Shown: piece after piece, positions 9,710-18,743 of the stretch
How the letters are laid out: the number at the start of each line of letters is the position of its first letter
How positions within the stretch are numbered: the first letter of the stretch is position 1
From: Alistipes sp.
Lineage (GTDB): Bacteria > Bacteroidota > Bacteroidia > Bacteroidales > Rikenellaceae
NCBI GenBank assembly: GCA_017555805.1
Contig: JAFZFR010000062.1
Location: 315-64,314 of the forward strand
Reading direction: 5' to 3'
Length of the DNA: 64,000 nt
Notes under the pieces: generated by a model
Seen by the model: the letters and a program-made list of their open reading frames with translations, nothing else
Database searches by the model: none
Told to the model about the DNA's origin: nothing
Program-made: the position numbers and the translations under genes

Positions 9710-10798
9710 TTAATACTCTGCCGCCTCCTCAAGGTTGCGTGATGCCACATAGGTGTCCCACTTGGCGATGACAGCCTTCATATCCTCTGGCAACTCGCTC
9801 TCGAAATAGACATCCTTGCCCGTTGTAGGGTGCACGAAGCCCAGCGAGCGGGCGTGCAGTGCCTGACGGGGCAAGAGCGAGAAGCAGTTTTCGATGAACT
9901 GCTTGTATTTTGAGAATGTAGTACCCTTCAGTATGCGGTCGCCGCCGTAGCGTGGGTCGTTAAAGAGCGGATGACCCTGCCAAGACATATGTACACGAAT
10001 CTGGTGTGTGCGACCAGTCTCCAGGCGGCACTCCACCAGCGTCACATAGCCGTAGCGCTTCAACACTCGGTAGTGTGTAACGGCGTGCTTGCCGTCAGAG
10101 CCGTCTGCAAAGACATACATCTGCAATCTATCTTTAGGACTGCGACCAATATTTCCCGTAATCGTACCCTCATCCTCGGGCAGGTTGCCCCACACCAGAG
10201 CGATGTAACGGCGGTGGATAGTGTGGTCGAAGAACTGCTTTGCAAGGCGTGCGTGGGTGCGCTCATTCTTTGCCACCACGAGCAGACCCGAAGTATCCTT
10301 GTCAATTCGGTGTACCAGTCCCGCGCGCATATCGCCGTCCTGGAAGAGTGGCAAATCCTTCAGGTGATGCGTCAGGGCGTTCACCAGTGTGCCGTGGTAG
10401 TTGCCGCAGCCTGGGTGTACCACCATACCCGCCTCCTTATTGACGATGAGCAGGTCCTCATCCTCATAGACGATGTCGAGCGGAATATCCTCGGGGATAA
10501 TCTCCAGTTCGCGCTTGGGGTAGGGCATAACGAGCGTGATGCGGTCCAAAGGCTTCACCTTGTAACTTGACTTCGCGGGCACGCCGTTCACCAAAATGCT
10601 GCCGCTGTCGGCGGCTGTCTGTATGCGGTTGCGTGAGCAGTGCTCCATACGGTCGGTGAGGAACTTGTCGAGGCGCAACATCTTCTGCCCCTTATCGACA
10701 GTGATGGCGAAGTGCTCATACATCTCGTCCGAGCCCTCAATATCCTGTAACTCGTCCAACTGCTCAATCTCCTTTTCTGTTATATCCTGCATAGTCAT
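9710..10798 (-). CDS. rluD: RluA-family pseudouridine synthase with S4 domain (RluD-like)
   Basis: RLDKFL S4 domain, VHRIDKDTSGLL, TGRTHQIRVH. Confidence 0.9.
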   Translation of the reverse strand: MTMQDITEKEIEQLDELQDIEGSDEMYEHFAITVDKGQKMLRLDKFLTDRMEHCSRNRIQTAADSGSILVNGVPAKSSYKVKPLDRITLVMPYPKRELEIIPEDIPLDIVYEDEDLLIVNKEAGMVVHPGCGNYHGTLVNALTHHLKDLPLFQDGDMRAGLVHRIDKDTSGLLVVAKNERTHARLAKQFFDHTIHRRYIALVWGNLPEDEGTITGNIGRSPKDRLQMYVFADGSDGKHAVTHYRVLKRYGYVTLVECRLETGRTHQIRVHMSWQGHPLFNDPRYGGDRILKGTTFSKYKQFIENCFSLLPRQALHARSLGFVHPTTGKDVYFESELPEDMKAVIAKWDTYVASRNLEEAAEY

Positions 10799-10804
10799 AA
10801 GTTC

Positions 10805-11827
10805 TTATTGGAAAAACTCATCCTCCTCGGTCTCAATCACATTGGCGGTCTGCTTCTGTGTCTGCTCCAGTGTGTTGAGGAGTTCGGTGCGCTCGGCTGC
10901 CTCGGCCTGCTCCAGCGAGTCACGCAAGGCCTCCTCTGCCTCCAGACGCTTTTCCTCCAGTTCGCGCGCCGCCTTGTCTGAAGCGGTGCTGCTCTTCTCG
11001 ACGATAGCGTCATCGAGCGTGAGCCACAAATCGACAGATGTGCCGAGCGTGGCGGTTGAGTTGTGCGCCAACGACTGACGATATACGCGCGCATCCTTCT
11101 GGTTGAGCAGGTTCACGCCCTCGTCGAAGTTAATCTTGCCTATGTTGAGTCCCTGCTCCCACAGACGGCTCTTTGCCGCCTGAAGGCTCTGACCGATAGC
11201 CTTTGGTACGATTGTAGAGTTCTTCTCGGGCTGTACACCCACCTTGAGGATTACGCCCGAGCCCATCTCAATCTCCACCTTGCTCGACTCCTTCACCTGC
11301 TCGTGACCGATATACTCGCCCAGGACATAGTTCGTTGCGATGTCCTCCTCATAGATGAGGCGCTCAATCTCAAGACCTGCCACCTCCAGCATATTCTTCG
11401 CCTGACGCAACGAGCGACCCGCCACATAAGGCACTGCCACCATCTTCTGGCGGAAGGAGTTAATCGTTACATAAATCTTGCGACCCGCCTTGACCTCTAC
11501 GCCGCCCTTTGGCAACTGGTCGAGCACGATACCGCCCTCGTAGGCTGGCACGAAGAGTGAGTCGTTGATGATAATTTGCAGTTTCGACTTCTTCGCCATC
11601 TGCTCCGCATCGGCAATCTTCACACCCATAAAGTCGGGCACAGTGCGGTGTGTGCCGTGGCGTGTGATGATGTTCATCAGAAGGCTTGATGCCAGGATGA
11701 TTGCCAACAGCGTGATGCAAATCAGCACCGCGTGGTAGATAATCGGGTTCTTCTTGAGTTGTGCTATGCGCCCCTGCTTTACAGGCTTCTTGGCTCTGCG
11801 GCGTGGGCGGTTTGGGGTATTCTCCAT
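10805..11827 (-). CDS. PASTA domain-containing membrane protein
   Basis: N-terminal TM then three PASTA-like repeats (VPDFMG, VPYVAG, VPKAIG) and an acidic coiled tail. Confidence 0.85.
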   Translation of the reverse strand: MENTPNRPRRRAKKPVKQGRIAQLKKNPIIYHAVLICITLLAIILASSLLMNIITRHGTHRTVPDFMGVKIADAEQMAKKSKLQIIINDSLFVPAYEGGIVLDQLPKGGVEVKAGRKIYVTINSFRQKMVAVPYVAGRSLRQAKNMLEVAGLEIERLIYEEDIATNYVLGEYIGHEQVKESSKVEIEMGSGVILKVGVQPEKNSTIVPKAIGQSLQAAKSRLWEQGLNIGKINFDEGVNLLNQKDARVYRQSLAHNSTATLGTSVDLWLTLDDAIVEKSSTASDKAARELEEKRLEAEEALRDSLEQAEAAERTELLNTLEQTQKQTANVIETEEDEFFQ

Positions 11828-11840
11828 CTATTGTAAATTT

Positions 11841-12923
11841 TTATTGTTCTCCTATTTCGTTGTAGTGTGTGTCGCGCTCAACGGCTACAAAGCCCGCGCG
11901 GGCAACCATCTGCTTCATCTCCTCGACACTCATCGTGGGTCGCTTATCCTCGGCGCCCGCCATCGAGTAAATCTTCGTTGAGTCGTCGATGGTGCCATCC
12001 ACATCGTCAGCGCCGAACTTCAGCGCCATCTCGGTGGTCTGCTTGCCATACATCACCCAATATGCCTTGATGTGGGGCACATTGTCAAGTATCAGTCGGC
12101 TCATAGCCAGCGTACGCAGGTCATCTGTGAGGGGCACCTCGCCAATTTCGGACATCGGGTTGCCGAAGTTGCGATACTTCAGCGGAATGAAGGCGTTAAG
12201 TCCGCCCGTCGCATCCTGCAACTCACGCAGACGCATCAGGTGGTCGATGCGGTGAGGGATACCCTCGATGTGACCGTAAAGCATTGTGGCGTTGGTCTTG
12301 ATACCCAACTCGTGCGCTGTGCGGTGTACCTCAAACCACTCCTCCGTAGAGCCCTTCTCGGGGCATATCTGCAGGCGTATATCGCTGTCAAATATCTCTG
12401 CGCCACCGCCAGGGATGGCCTCCATACCCGCCTCGATTAGTCGCTCAAGACCCTCGCGCGTCGAGAGTTCCGCCTTGCGAATCATATACGAGAGTTCGAT
12501 TGCGGTGTATGCCTTGATAGCCACCTTGGGCAGAATCTGCTTCACGCGGCGGATAAGGTCGCAGTAGTAGTCGAGGTTGTGGTCGGGGTGTACGCCACCC
12601 ACGATGTGCACCTCCGTAACGCCCGTGCCGCGGTATCGTGCCACTTGCTCCTCAAGTTGCTCGATGCTCCACTCCCACGCCTCGGCGCTACCGCGCGGAC
12701 GGCGGAATGAGCAGAACTTGCAGTTGAAGAGGCATACATTCGTCGGCTCAAGGTGGAAGTTACGGTTGTAGAATACCTTGTCGCCACTTATTGAGCGCTT
12801 CTTCTCAACTGCCGCCTCTGCCAAGTACCACAGCGGAGCCTCCTGCCAGAGCGTGAGGGCATCCTCTGCGGATAATCTCTCGCCCGACTTTACACTTTTC
12901 AGTATATCTTCCCAGCCTCTCAT
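11841..12923 (-). CDS. mqnE: Aminofutalosine synthase MqnE (CofH/MqnE radical SAM)
   Basis: EPTNVCLFNCKFC, TEVHIVGG, PGGGAEIF, NATMLYGHIE, HIKAYW, FGADDVDGT. Confidence 0.8.
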   Translation of the reverse strand: MRGWEDILKSVKSGERLSAEDALTLWQEAPLWYLAEAAVEKKRSISGDKVFYNRNFHLEPTNVCLFNCKFCSFRRPRGSAEAWEWSIEQLEEQVARYRGTGVTEVHIVGGVHPDHNLDYYCDLIRRVKQILPKVAIKAYTAIELSYMIRKAELSTREGLERLIEAGMEAIPGGGAEIFDSDIRLQICPEKGSTEEWFEVHRTAHELGIKTNATMLYGHIEGIPHRIDHLMRLRELQDATGGLNAFIPLKYRNFGNPMSEIGEVPLTDDLRTLAMSRLILDNVPHIKAYWVMYGKQTTEMALKFGADDVDGTIDDSTKIYSMAGAEDKRPTMSVEEMKQMVARAGFVAVERDTHYNEIGEQ

Positions 12924-14035
12924 TATTTTGGTGCTTTACGATAGAGGTAAACTGCTATTATTGCGAATATTATATTCGGCATCCACACCGCTAACCATAC
13001 GGGCAGTGCGCCGCTCTTTGCGAACTCCTCGAATACGCGGTTGAACATAATGTACGAGAAGCAAAGACCGATACCGATACCAATGTGCAGACCCGTTCCG
13101 CCTCGCACCTTGCGCGAGGAGAGCGACACGCCGATGAGCGTGAGGATGAAGGTCGCCATAGGGTAGGAGTAGCGAGTATGCTTCGCCACCTCGATGATGT
13201 TGATTGAGTCAGAGCCCTTGGCGCGCTGCTGGTCGAGGAACTCGTTTAGTTCGCCAATCTTCATCGTCTTGACCGTCTCGGCGATGCGTCCCAACTCCGT
13301 CACATCGAGGTTGATGAGGGTGTCAAGGTCTCGCAACTGGGTGAATGTCTCATTACCCTCGTCGTCGATGGTGCGTGTGATATACTTCTGCGCCTTCCAG
13401 TGCTTGGTCTCGGGATCAACGGTCACATCCGCCGCCTCCAGCGACTGGGTGATTTGTGTACCCGTGTAGCGTTCGATGGTGAAATACTCCGCCGAGTTGT
13501 CGTTGTCGAAGCCTCGCACATAGACAAACTCTCCGGGGGCAATCTGGCGATAGATGTGGCGGTCATACTGCTCGTTCTTGTATTTCTTGAAGTATGCTCG
13601 CTTGAAGTTCACGCAGTTTACCTGCGAGGGCGGGATAATCCACAGGTTGAGCGAGAGCGACAACGCCATAATGAAGAATGCACCCAGAAAGTATGGCCAC
13701 ATCAGTCGGCGGAAACTCACACCGCCCGACAGTATGGCGATAATCTCGGTCTGATATGCCATCTTCGAGGTGAAGAAAATCACCGAGATGAAGGTAAATA
13801 GACCACTGAACTGCGTGATAAACTCAGGCACATAGTTCAGGTAGTAGTCGAAGACAATAGCCGAGAATGGTGCGTGCGACTCGGTAAAGTTATCCACACG
13901 CTCGGCATAGTCAAAGACCACCAGAATCACCGTGATGAGGGCAATCGAGAAGAGGTATGTTCCCAGGAACTTTCGCAAGATATATCTGTCGATAATCTTG
14001 TAACCGGGGAACGATATTTTCATTTTTTCTTTCAT
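12923..14035 (-). CDS. lptG: LptF/LptG family LPS export permease
   Basis: IIDRYILRKFL, TEIIAILSGGVSFRRL; 3 TM + periplasmic domain + 3 TM. Confidence 0.85.
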   Translation of the reverse strand: MKEKMKISFPGYKIIDRYILRKFLGTYLFSIALITVILVVFDYAERVDNFTESHAPFSAIVFDYYLNYVPEFITQFSGLFTFISVIFFTSKMAYQTEIIAILSGGVSFRRLMWPYFLGAFFIMALSLSLNLWIIPPSQVNCVNFKRAYFKKYKNEQYDRHIYRQIAPGEFVYVRGFDNDNSAEYFTIERYTGTQITQSLEAADVTVDPETKHWKAQKYITRTIDDEGNETFTQLRDLDTLINLDVTELGRIAETVKTMKIGELNEFLDQQRAKGSDSINIIEVAKHTRYSYPMATFILTLIGVSLSSRKVRGGTGLHIGIGIGLCFSYIMFNRVFEEFAKSGALPVWLAVWMPNIIFAIIAVYLYRKAPK

Positions 14036-14044
14036 AATCAGGTT

Positions 14045-15175
14045 TTACAATCGTCTGCCAAGTTTCGCCACCATCACGCTCTTCCACTCGGCGAAGTCGC
14101 CTGCGATGATGTGCTTTCTCGCCTCGCCCACCAGCCAGAGGTAGAACGCCACATTGTGCAGCGATGCAATCTGTGCGCCGAGCATCTCCTTGTTCACCAC
14201 GAGGTGGTGTACATAGGCCTTTGAGTACTGCTTGTCAACAAACGCCACGCCGTTGGGGTCGAGTGGTGAGAAGTCGTTCTCCCACTTCTTGTTGCGCAGG
14301 TTGATTGTACCCTCCGAAGTGAATATCTGTCCGTTGCGGCCATTTCGTGTCGGCATCACGCAGTCGAACATATCCACGCCTCGGTCAATACCCTCCAGAA
14401 TGTTGATTGGCGTACCCACACCCATCAGGTAGCGGGGCTTGTGCTCAGGCAGAACGGCATTCACGACCTCAATCATCGAGTACATCACATCAGTAGGCTC
14501 ACCCACCGCCAGACCGCCGATAGCGTAGCCGTCAGCATCATACTGCTGGACATTCTCTGCCGCCTTGGCGCGCAACTCTGGGTAGGCACAACCCTGTACG
14601 ATAGGGAACAGCGACTGGTAGTGACCATACTTTGGCTGCGTCTGCGCATAGCGGTTGAAGCAGCGGTCGAGCCAGCGCTCGGTCAGCGCGAGTGACTTTG
14701 CCGCATAGTCGTATGGCGCATCGCCTGGAGGACACTCGTCGAATGCCATCATAATATCCGCGCCGATGGTGCGCTCGGTGTCGATGACGCTTTCGGGTGT
14801 GAAGAGGTGCTTCGAGCCGTCGATGTGCGAGCGGAAGTGGCAACCCTCCTCCTTGAGCTTGCGGCAACCCGAGAGAGAGAATACCTGAAAACCGCCACTG
14901 TCGGTGAGCATCGGGCCATCCCAGGTTGAGAAGCGATGCACACCTCCCGCCTGCTCGATGATATCCATACCCGGGCGGAGGTAGAGGTGGTAGGTATTGG
15001 CGAGGATAATCTGCGCGTGCGCCTCATCCTTGAGGTCGCGGTGGAAGATACCCTTCATCGCTGCAGCTGTGCCGACAGGCATAAAGATTGGGGTCTGGAT
15101 CACTCCGTGATCGGTTACAATCTCACCGGCACGAGCCTTCGACGAAGGGGCTTTATGTTGCAATGTAAATTTCAT
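14045..15175 (-). CDS. tgt: Queuine tRNA-ribosyltransferase
   Basis: TPIFMPVGT, ILANTYHL, LTDSGGFQVFSL, DMFDCVMPTRNGR; ATG at 15175 (MKFTL). Confidence 0.96.
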   Translation of the reverse strand: MKFTLQHKAPSSKARAGEIVTDHGVIQTPIFMPVGTAAAMKGIFHRDLKDEAHAQIILANTYHLYLRPGMDIIEQAGGVHRFSTWDGPMLTDSGGFQVFSLSGCRKLKEEGCHFRSHIDGSKHLFTPESVIDTERTIGADIMMAFDECPPGDAPYDYAAKSLALTERWLDRCFNRYAQTQPKYGHYQSLFPIVQGCAYPELRAKAAENVQQYDADGYAIGGLAVGEPTDVMYSMIEVVNAVLPEHKPRYLMGVGTPINILEGIDRGVDMFDCVMPTRNGRNGQIFTSEGTINLRNKKWENDFSPLDPNGVAFVDKQYSKAYVHHLVVNKEMLGAQIASLHNVAFYLWLVGEARKHIIAGDFAEWKSVMVAKLGRRL

Positions 15176-15226
15176 AATCTTGACTTTGGTTTTCGCGCCA
15201 CACAATGCGACGGCGCATAATTCGGA

Positions 15227-15234
15227 CAAAGTTA
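15227..15234 (-). promoter_or_regulatory. sigmaA -7 element of tgt operon
   Basis: TAACTTTG on minus strand, 52 nt upstream of ATG. Confidence 0.5.
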
Positions 15235-15284
15235 AGATTTTTTCGTAGAAAAAAGGTGCTTTTCGGCGGAAAACTGCAAGTTGG

Positions 15285-15306
15285 AATTCAAAATTCAAAA
15301 TTCAAA
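15285..15306. repeat. Heptamer tandem repeat (AATTCAA)3
   Basis: AATTCAAAATTCAAAATTCAAA. Confidence 0.8.
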
Positions 15307-15572
15307 TCGGGGGGATAAAAATAGTTTTTTGCGGAATGCTTATTCTTAATCATTTTGCAAATAAACAAAGTTGAACAGCAATAATGTTGATGGTATAATA
15401 GTGGAAAAATAGAAGAAAATTGGCGAATATGAATAAATATGTAAATAAAATGATTTTATGTAAAAAACAAAAAAGTTTTGAAATATATGGCATATTTTGA
15501 AAAAAAAATGTTTAGTTTTGTATATGTGAAAGATCAGCAAGCGAAAATAAACATAATTAAAATTTTGTAAAG

Positions 15573-15812
15573 ATGAAAAAGTTATTAAAATGTGCTTTTG
15601 TCGCGGCGTTTGCTGCGGCTGTAGTGTGTGCAATTTCAGCGGATGTAAATGCAAGTGGACTTGAAGGCGGACCAGGTTCGCAAACCATTGTCTCTAAAAT
15701 GCCCCCTTGTCCACAATGTGGGTCAGAAGCAGCGGTAAAGTCTACAATCGCTGATACGGGTGAAATTGTATATATGTGCTGGAATTGTAAAATTATTTTT
15801 GGTTATAATTAA
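15573..15812 (+). CDS. Small secreted protein with CxxC...CxxC
   Basis: 79 aa; signal-like MKKLLKCAFVAAFAAAVVCA; CPQC and CWNC; 3 nt before next ATG. Confidence 0.65.
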   Translation: MKKLLKCAFVAAFAAAVVCAISADVNASGLEGGPGSQTIVSKMPPCPQCGSEAAVKSTIADTGEIVYMCWNCKIIFGYN

Positions 15813-15815
15813 TTT

Positions 15816-16538
15816 ATGAAATTTAATTTATTTGTAGTTCTATTTTTACTAATGCCTATAATTTCTTATTCGCAAGAGGGCGAGTATAGAATTATAGGGT
15901 CTTTGAGGGAAATGCAGATGCCAAATTTGAGATTCCAAGATGAAGATTTGGGTACGGTAAATGGTTGCGTAAAGAGTGAGAATGGAAAGGTTATTTCTAA
16001 TGCTACTATTGTATTGAATAATGGCTGGTATTTTTTTGATGCATCAAGTAATAAGAAAGGTGAATATAAAGCTAGAGTAATAACTGGAAATTATACTATA
16101 GAAGTTTCCGCTCCTGGTTTCGAAAAATATGTTGAGGAGATTTATGCGTCAAATAAACGCCCATTGAACAAAAATATTGTTCTCAAACCCATTGTTAAAG
16201 GGGCGGAGAAGATGACGGCGTCAGGCAATAAGTCTTTGGCAAGCGGAAATAGTATTCTCTTTAATATCAACGGCAAGAATCCTGCCTATGAGGGTAAGTC
16301 GCTCTATGATGTGTTGGTAAATCTGCCTTTGTTTGATTTTTCTGATGGAGGACTGAAAGTCGCAGGTAGCGAGAATGTTACGATGCACTTTAATTCAAGA
16401 GTGAACAAAGCACAGCCGCAGATGCTTGTCAATATGTTGCGCTCCATTGCTGCCGAGGATGTGCAGAGCGTGAAGGTCTCAAGTTGGGGCGGTCAAGGCG
16501 AAAATCCAATGATGGTCTATCTTCACTATAAGGAATAA
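15816..16538 (+). CDS. Secreted protein with carboxypeptidase-regulatory-like beta-sandwich and plug-like C-terminal domain
   Basis: Signal peptide; GTVNGCVKSENGKVISNATIVL...GNYTIEVSAPGF; then SLYDVLVNLP...LRSIAAEDVQSVKV. Confidence 0.65.
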   Translation: MKFNLFVVLFLLMPIISYSQEGEYRIIGSLREMQMPNLRFQDEDLGTVNGCVKSENGKVISNATIVLNNGWYFFDASSNKKGEYKARVITGNYTIEVSAPGFEKYVEEIYASNKRPLNKNIVLKPIVKGAEKMTASGNKSLASGNSILFNINGKNPAYEGKSLYDVLVNLPLFDFSDGGLKVAGSENVTMHFNSRVNKAQPQMLVNMLRSIAAEDVQSVKVSSWGGQGENPMMVYLHYKE

Positions 16539-16561
16539 CTTACAATGTGTTTTCAATGAAG

Positions 16562-16597
16562 CGGTTGTCACAAGAATGTGGCAACCGTATTTTTTTT
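16562..16597 (+). terminator. Intrinsic terminator
   Basis: CGGTTGTCACA-AGAA-TGTGGCAACCG followed by a T-run. Confidence 0.8.
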
Positions 16598-16645
16598 GAA
16601 AAACACATATTGAAAAGGTAAATTTAGAATTAGGAGTTGTCCTTT

Positions 16646-16677
16646 AATTTTGAATTCTAAATTTTGAATTTTGAATT
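16646..16677. repeat. Heptamer tandem repeat, (TTGAATT)n type
   Basis: AATTTTGAATTCTAAATTTTGAATTTTGAATT, inverted relative to the 15285 and 53605 copies. Confidence 0.8.
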
Positions 16678-16733
16678 TATATATCGTATCTTTGTCGAAC
16701 TTTTTATTTGAAAATCTTAATCGCAAAGCAAGA

Positions 16734-17891
16734 ATGCACTTTTTTGAAAATATAATCAGTCACTATGGATGGCAGGGTGTAGCGCTGGGCGGAGCAATCC
16801 TAGTGTTGTTCTTCGTGCAGATGTACTACTACCTCATCGCCTACCGCCGCATCAATATCTACCGCAACAAGCGCCGCAAGAAGGTACTCGAGAGCGAGCC
16901 ACCCGTATCTATCGTGGTGACAATTTTCTCGGAGGATTACGCCTATCTCGACGAGCGCCTGCCACAACTCTTTGCACAGGAGTATGGCGCAACTTTCGAG
17001 GTTGTGCTGGTCTATGTCGGTTGCGATAGCGACTACTACGAGGAGTTGATGCGTCTGCGCCTTTCGCACCCAAATCTGGTGGTTACGAAGTTCGACTTCA
17101 ACCCCCGCTTCCCAATCTCGGTGAAGCAGGCTATCAATCTGGGTATCAAGTCATCACACAACGAGCATATCATCCTCTCGACCACCTCTGCCGCACCCGC
17201 TTCGTCGCAGTGGCTGGCGATGATGGGCAAGGCCTTTGTGCGTGGTAATATCGTGCTGGGCTACTCATCCATCGAGCAGCAGTCGGGTCTGGGTAACTAC
17301 CTCGTGAGAATGTCGAATATGCACTTCTCGCTCTACTGGCTTGCACAGGCTGTCAGCGGCTCTACCTACCGCGGTATCCGCCACAATATCGGCTTCACGA
17401 AGGAACTCTACTTCGGCGTGAAGGGCTTTACTCATCTGAATATGAATATCGGCGAGGATGACCTCTTCATCCAGCGCATCGCCGAGCCAAATAATGTGAG
17501 CGTGGTGCTCATTCCAAAGGGTCGTATGATTGAGCGCCCTTGGGGAGGTTTGGGCTGGTGGCTTGGTCGCCTGCGTCACTACGGTCAGGCGTGGCGTTAC
17601 TATCCCGACTGGACGCTGACCGCCGCCAGATGGGATATCTGCAGTCAGTCGCTGCTGTTCCTTGCGGCGCTTACTGCATTGATTTTTATGCCTTTAGAGT
17701 TTAAGTTGGCCACCCTCGGTGTGCTGCTTTTGCGCTATATCTTTGTTCTGTTGCGTGTTCGCGCAATCGCCAAGCGTGTGGGAGAGAAGAGTGTGTTGTT
17801 GCGTTATTTCATCTTCGACTTGCTTAACCCAGTGTTGATGTTGAGTTTGGGAGTGATAATGCTCCGTAAGGATTCTACTGCGTGGAAATAG
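16734..17891 (+). CDS. Glycosyltransferase family 2-like membrane protein
   Basis: N-terminal TM, PVSIVV, KQAINLGIKSS, GEDDLFIQ, C-terminal TMs; TATCTTTG promoter at 16687; ATG at 16734. Confidence 0.85.
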   Translation: MHFFENIISHYGWQGVALGGAILVLFFVQMYYYLIAYRRINIYRNKRRKKVLESEPPVSIVVTIFSEDYAYLDERLPQLFAQEYGATFEVVLVYVGCDSDYYEELMRLRLSHPNLVVTKFDFNPRFPISVKQAINLGIKSSHNEHIILSTTSAAPASSQWLAMMGKAFVRGNIVLGYSSIEQQSGLGNYLVRMSNMHFSLYWLAQAVSGSTYRGIRHNIGFTKELYFGVKGFTHLNMNIGEDDLFIQRIAEPNNVSVVLIPKGRMIERPWGGLGWWLGRLRHYGQAWRYYPDWTLTAARWDICSQSLLFLAALTALIFMPLEFKLATLGVLLLRYIFVLLRVRAIAKRVGEKSVLLRYFIFDLLNPVLMLSLGVIMLRKDSTAWK

Positions 17892-18442
17892 CCGACTACA
17901 TAATCGCCGACGACCAGCGTCTGGTGGAACTCTCGCTTGGGGGTGACGATATAGCCTTCGAGTATCTGTTCAACCGTTACAGCGAAGCCATCCGCAGGCT
18001 TCTGCTGCACCGCTCTGCGTCGGTTGAGGATACCGAGGATTTGTTGCAGGAGACCTTCATTAAGGTATATGTAAATCTGCAACGCTACTCGGCGGAATAC
18101 ACCTTCGGTCAGTGGATTTACACCATCGCCCGCAACACCCACATCGACTTCGAGCGTCGCCGTCAGGAGGATTTGCCCATCGACGATAAGTTTTCATCCC
18201 CCGCGGCAAGCACTCCGTCGCCCGAGGAGAGCCTCATAAATCTTCAGCAACGCGCTCAGATTGAGCAATATATCGGCTCACTGCCCGAGCAGTATCGCGA
18301 CCTCTTTGTGATGCGATTTTTGGAGGATTACTCCTATGAGGAGATAGCCGAAAAACTGCGCCTGCCGATGGGTACCGTCAAGACCCAAATCCACCGCGCC
18401 CGCGAGCGTATGTGCCGCCTTATCCGCAACGACGAGAATTAA
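17882..18442 (+). CDS. ECF RNA polymerase sigma factor (SigW-like)
   Basis: DTEDLLQETFIK, FGQWIYTIARN, YSYEEIAEKLRLPMGTVKTQIHRAR; GTG start overlaps GT2 end. Confidence 0.92.
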   Translation: MEIADYIIADDQRLVELSLGGDDIAFEYLFNRYSEAIRRLLLHRSASVEDTEDLLQETFIKVYVNLQRYSAEYTFGQWIYTIARNTHIDFERRRQEDLPIDDKFSSPAASTPSPEESLINLQQRAQIEQYIGSLPEQYRDLFVMRFLEDYSYEEIAEKLRLPMGTVKTQIHRARERMCRLIRNDEN

Positions 18443-18613
18443 GAATGTTCTGCATATTTATGCGACGCCGAGAGTCCGCTTTAGGAGCGATTTTCGGTGT
18501 CGTTTTCTCTTTTTTATATAGTGTCTTTTTATTGAAAATATGCAATTCAGACCCTATTATGGGGCGTAAAGTCGGGTGTTTTCTCCTGAAAAGTGCAATC
18601 TTATGCAGAAATA

Positions 18614-18645
18614 TTTGCATAACACAAGAATTTTCAATATGTTTG
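18614..18645 (+). promoter_or_regulatory. sigmaA promoter P1 upstream of TonB receptor operon
   Basis: TTTG (18614-17), 20 nt, TATGTTTG (18638-45). Confidence 0.65.
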
Positions 18646-18735
18646 CCATCGTTAGGTTAGATTAATTCGACATATAGGTATTGCCCAGCACGATATTCCC
18701 CACAAATGGGGATTGTGGTGTTTTGTCCCTATTGA

Positions 18736-18743
18736 TACCTTTG
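18736..18743 (+). promoter_or_regulatory. Possible second promoter P2 (-7 element)
   Basis: TACCTTTG 35 nt before ATG; only TTG about 20 nt upstream. Confidence 0.4.

Noticed and set aside
15176-15298. N-terminal extension of Tgt in the ORF track (likewise 16671-16733 for GT2)
   Set aside because: The extensions start inside heptamer repeats and span promoter motifs; homology begins at the downstream ATG.
15346-15654. 102-aa minus-strand ORF in the AT-rich islet
   Set aside because: Phe/Ile-rich low-complexity translation of A-rich DNA, overlapping the better + strand peptide gene.
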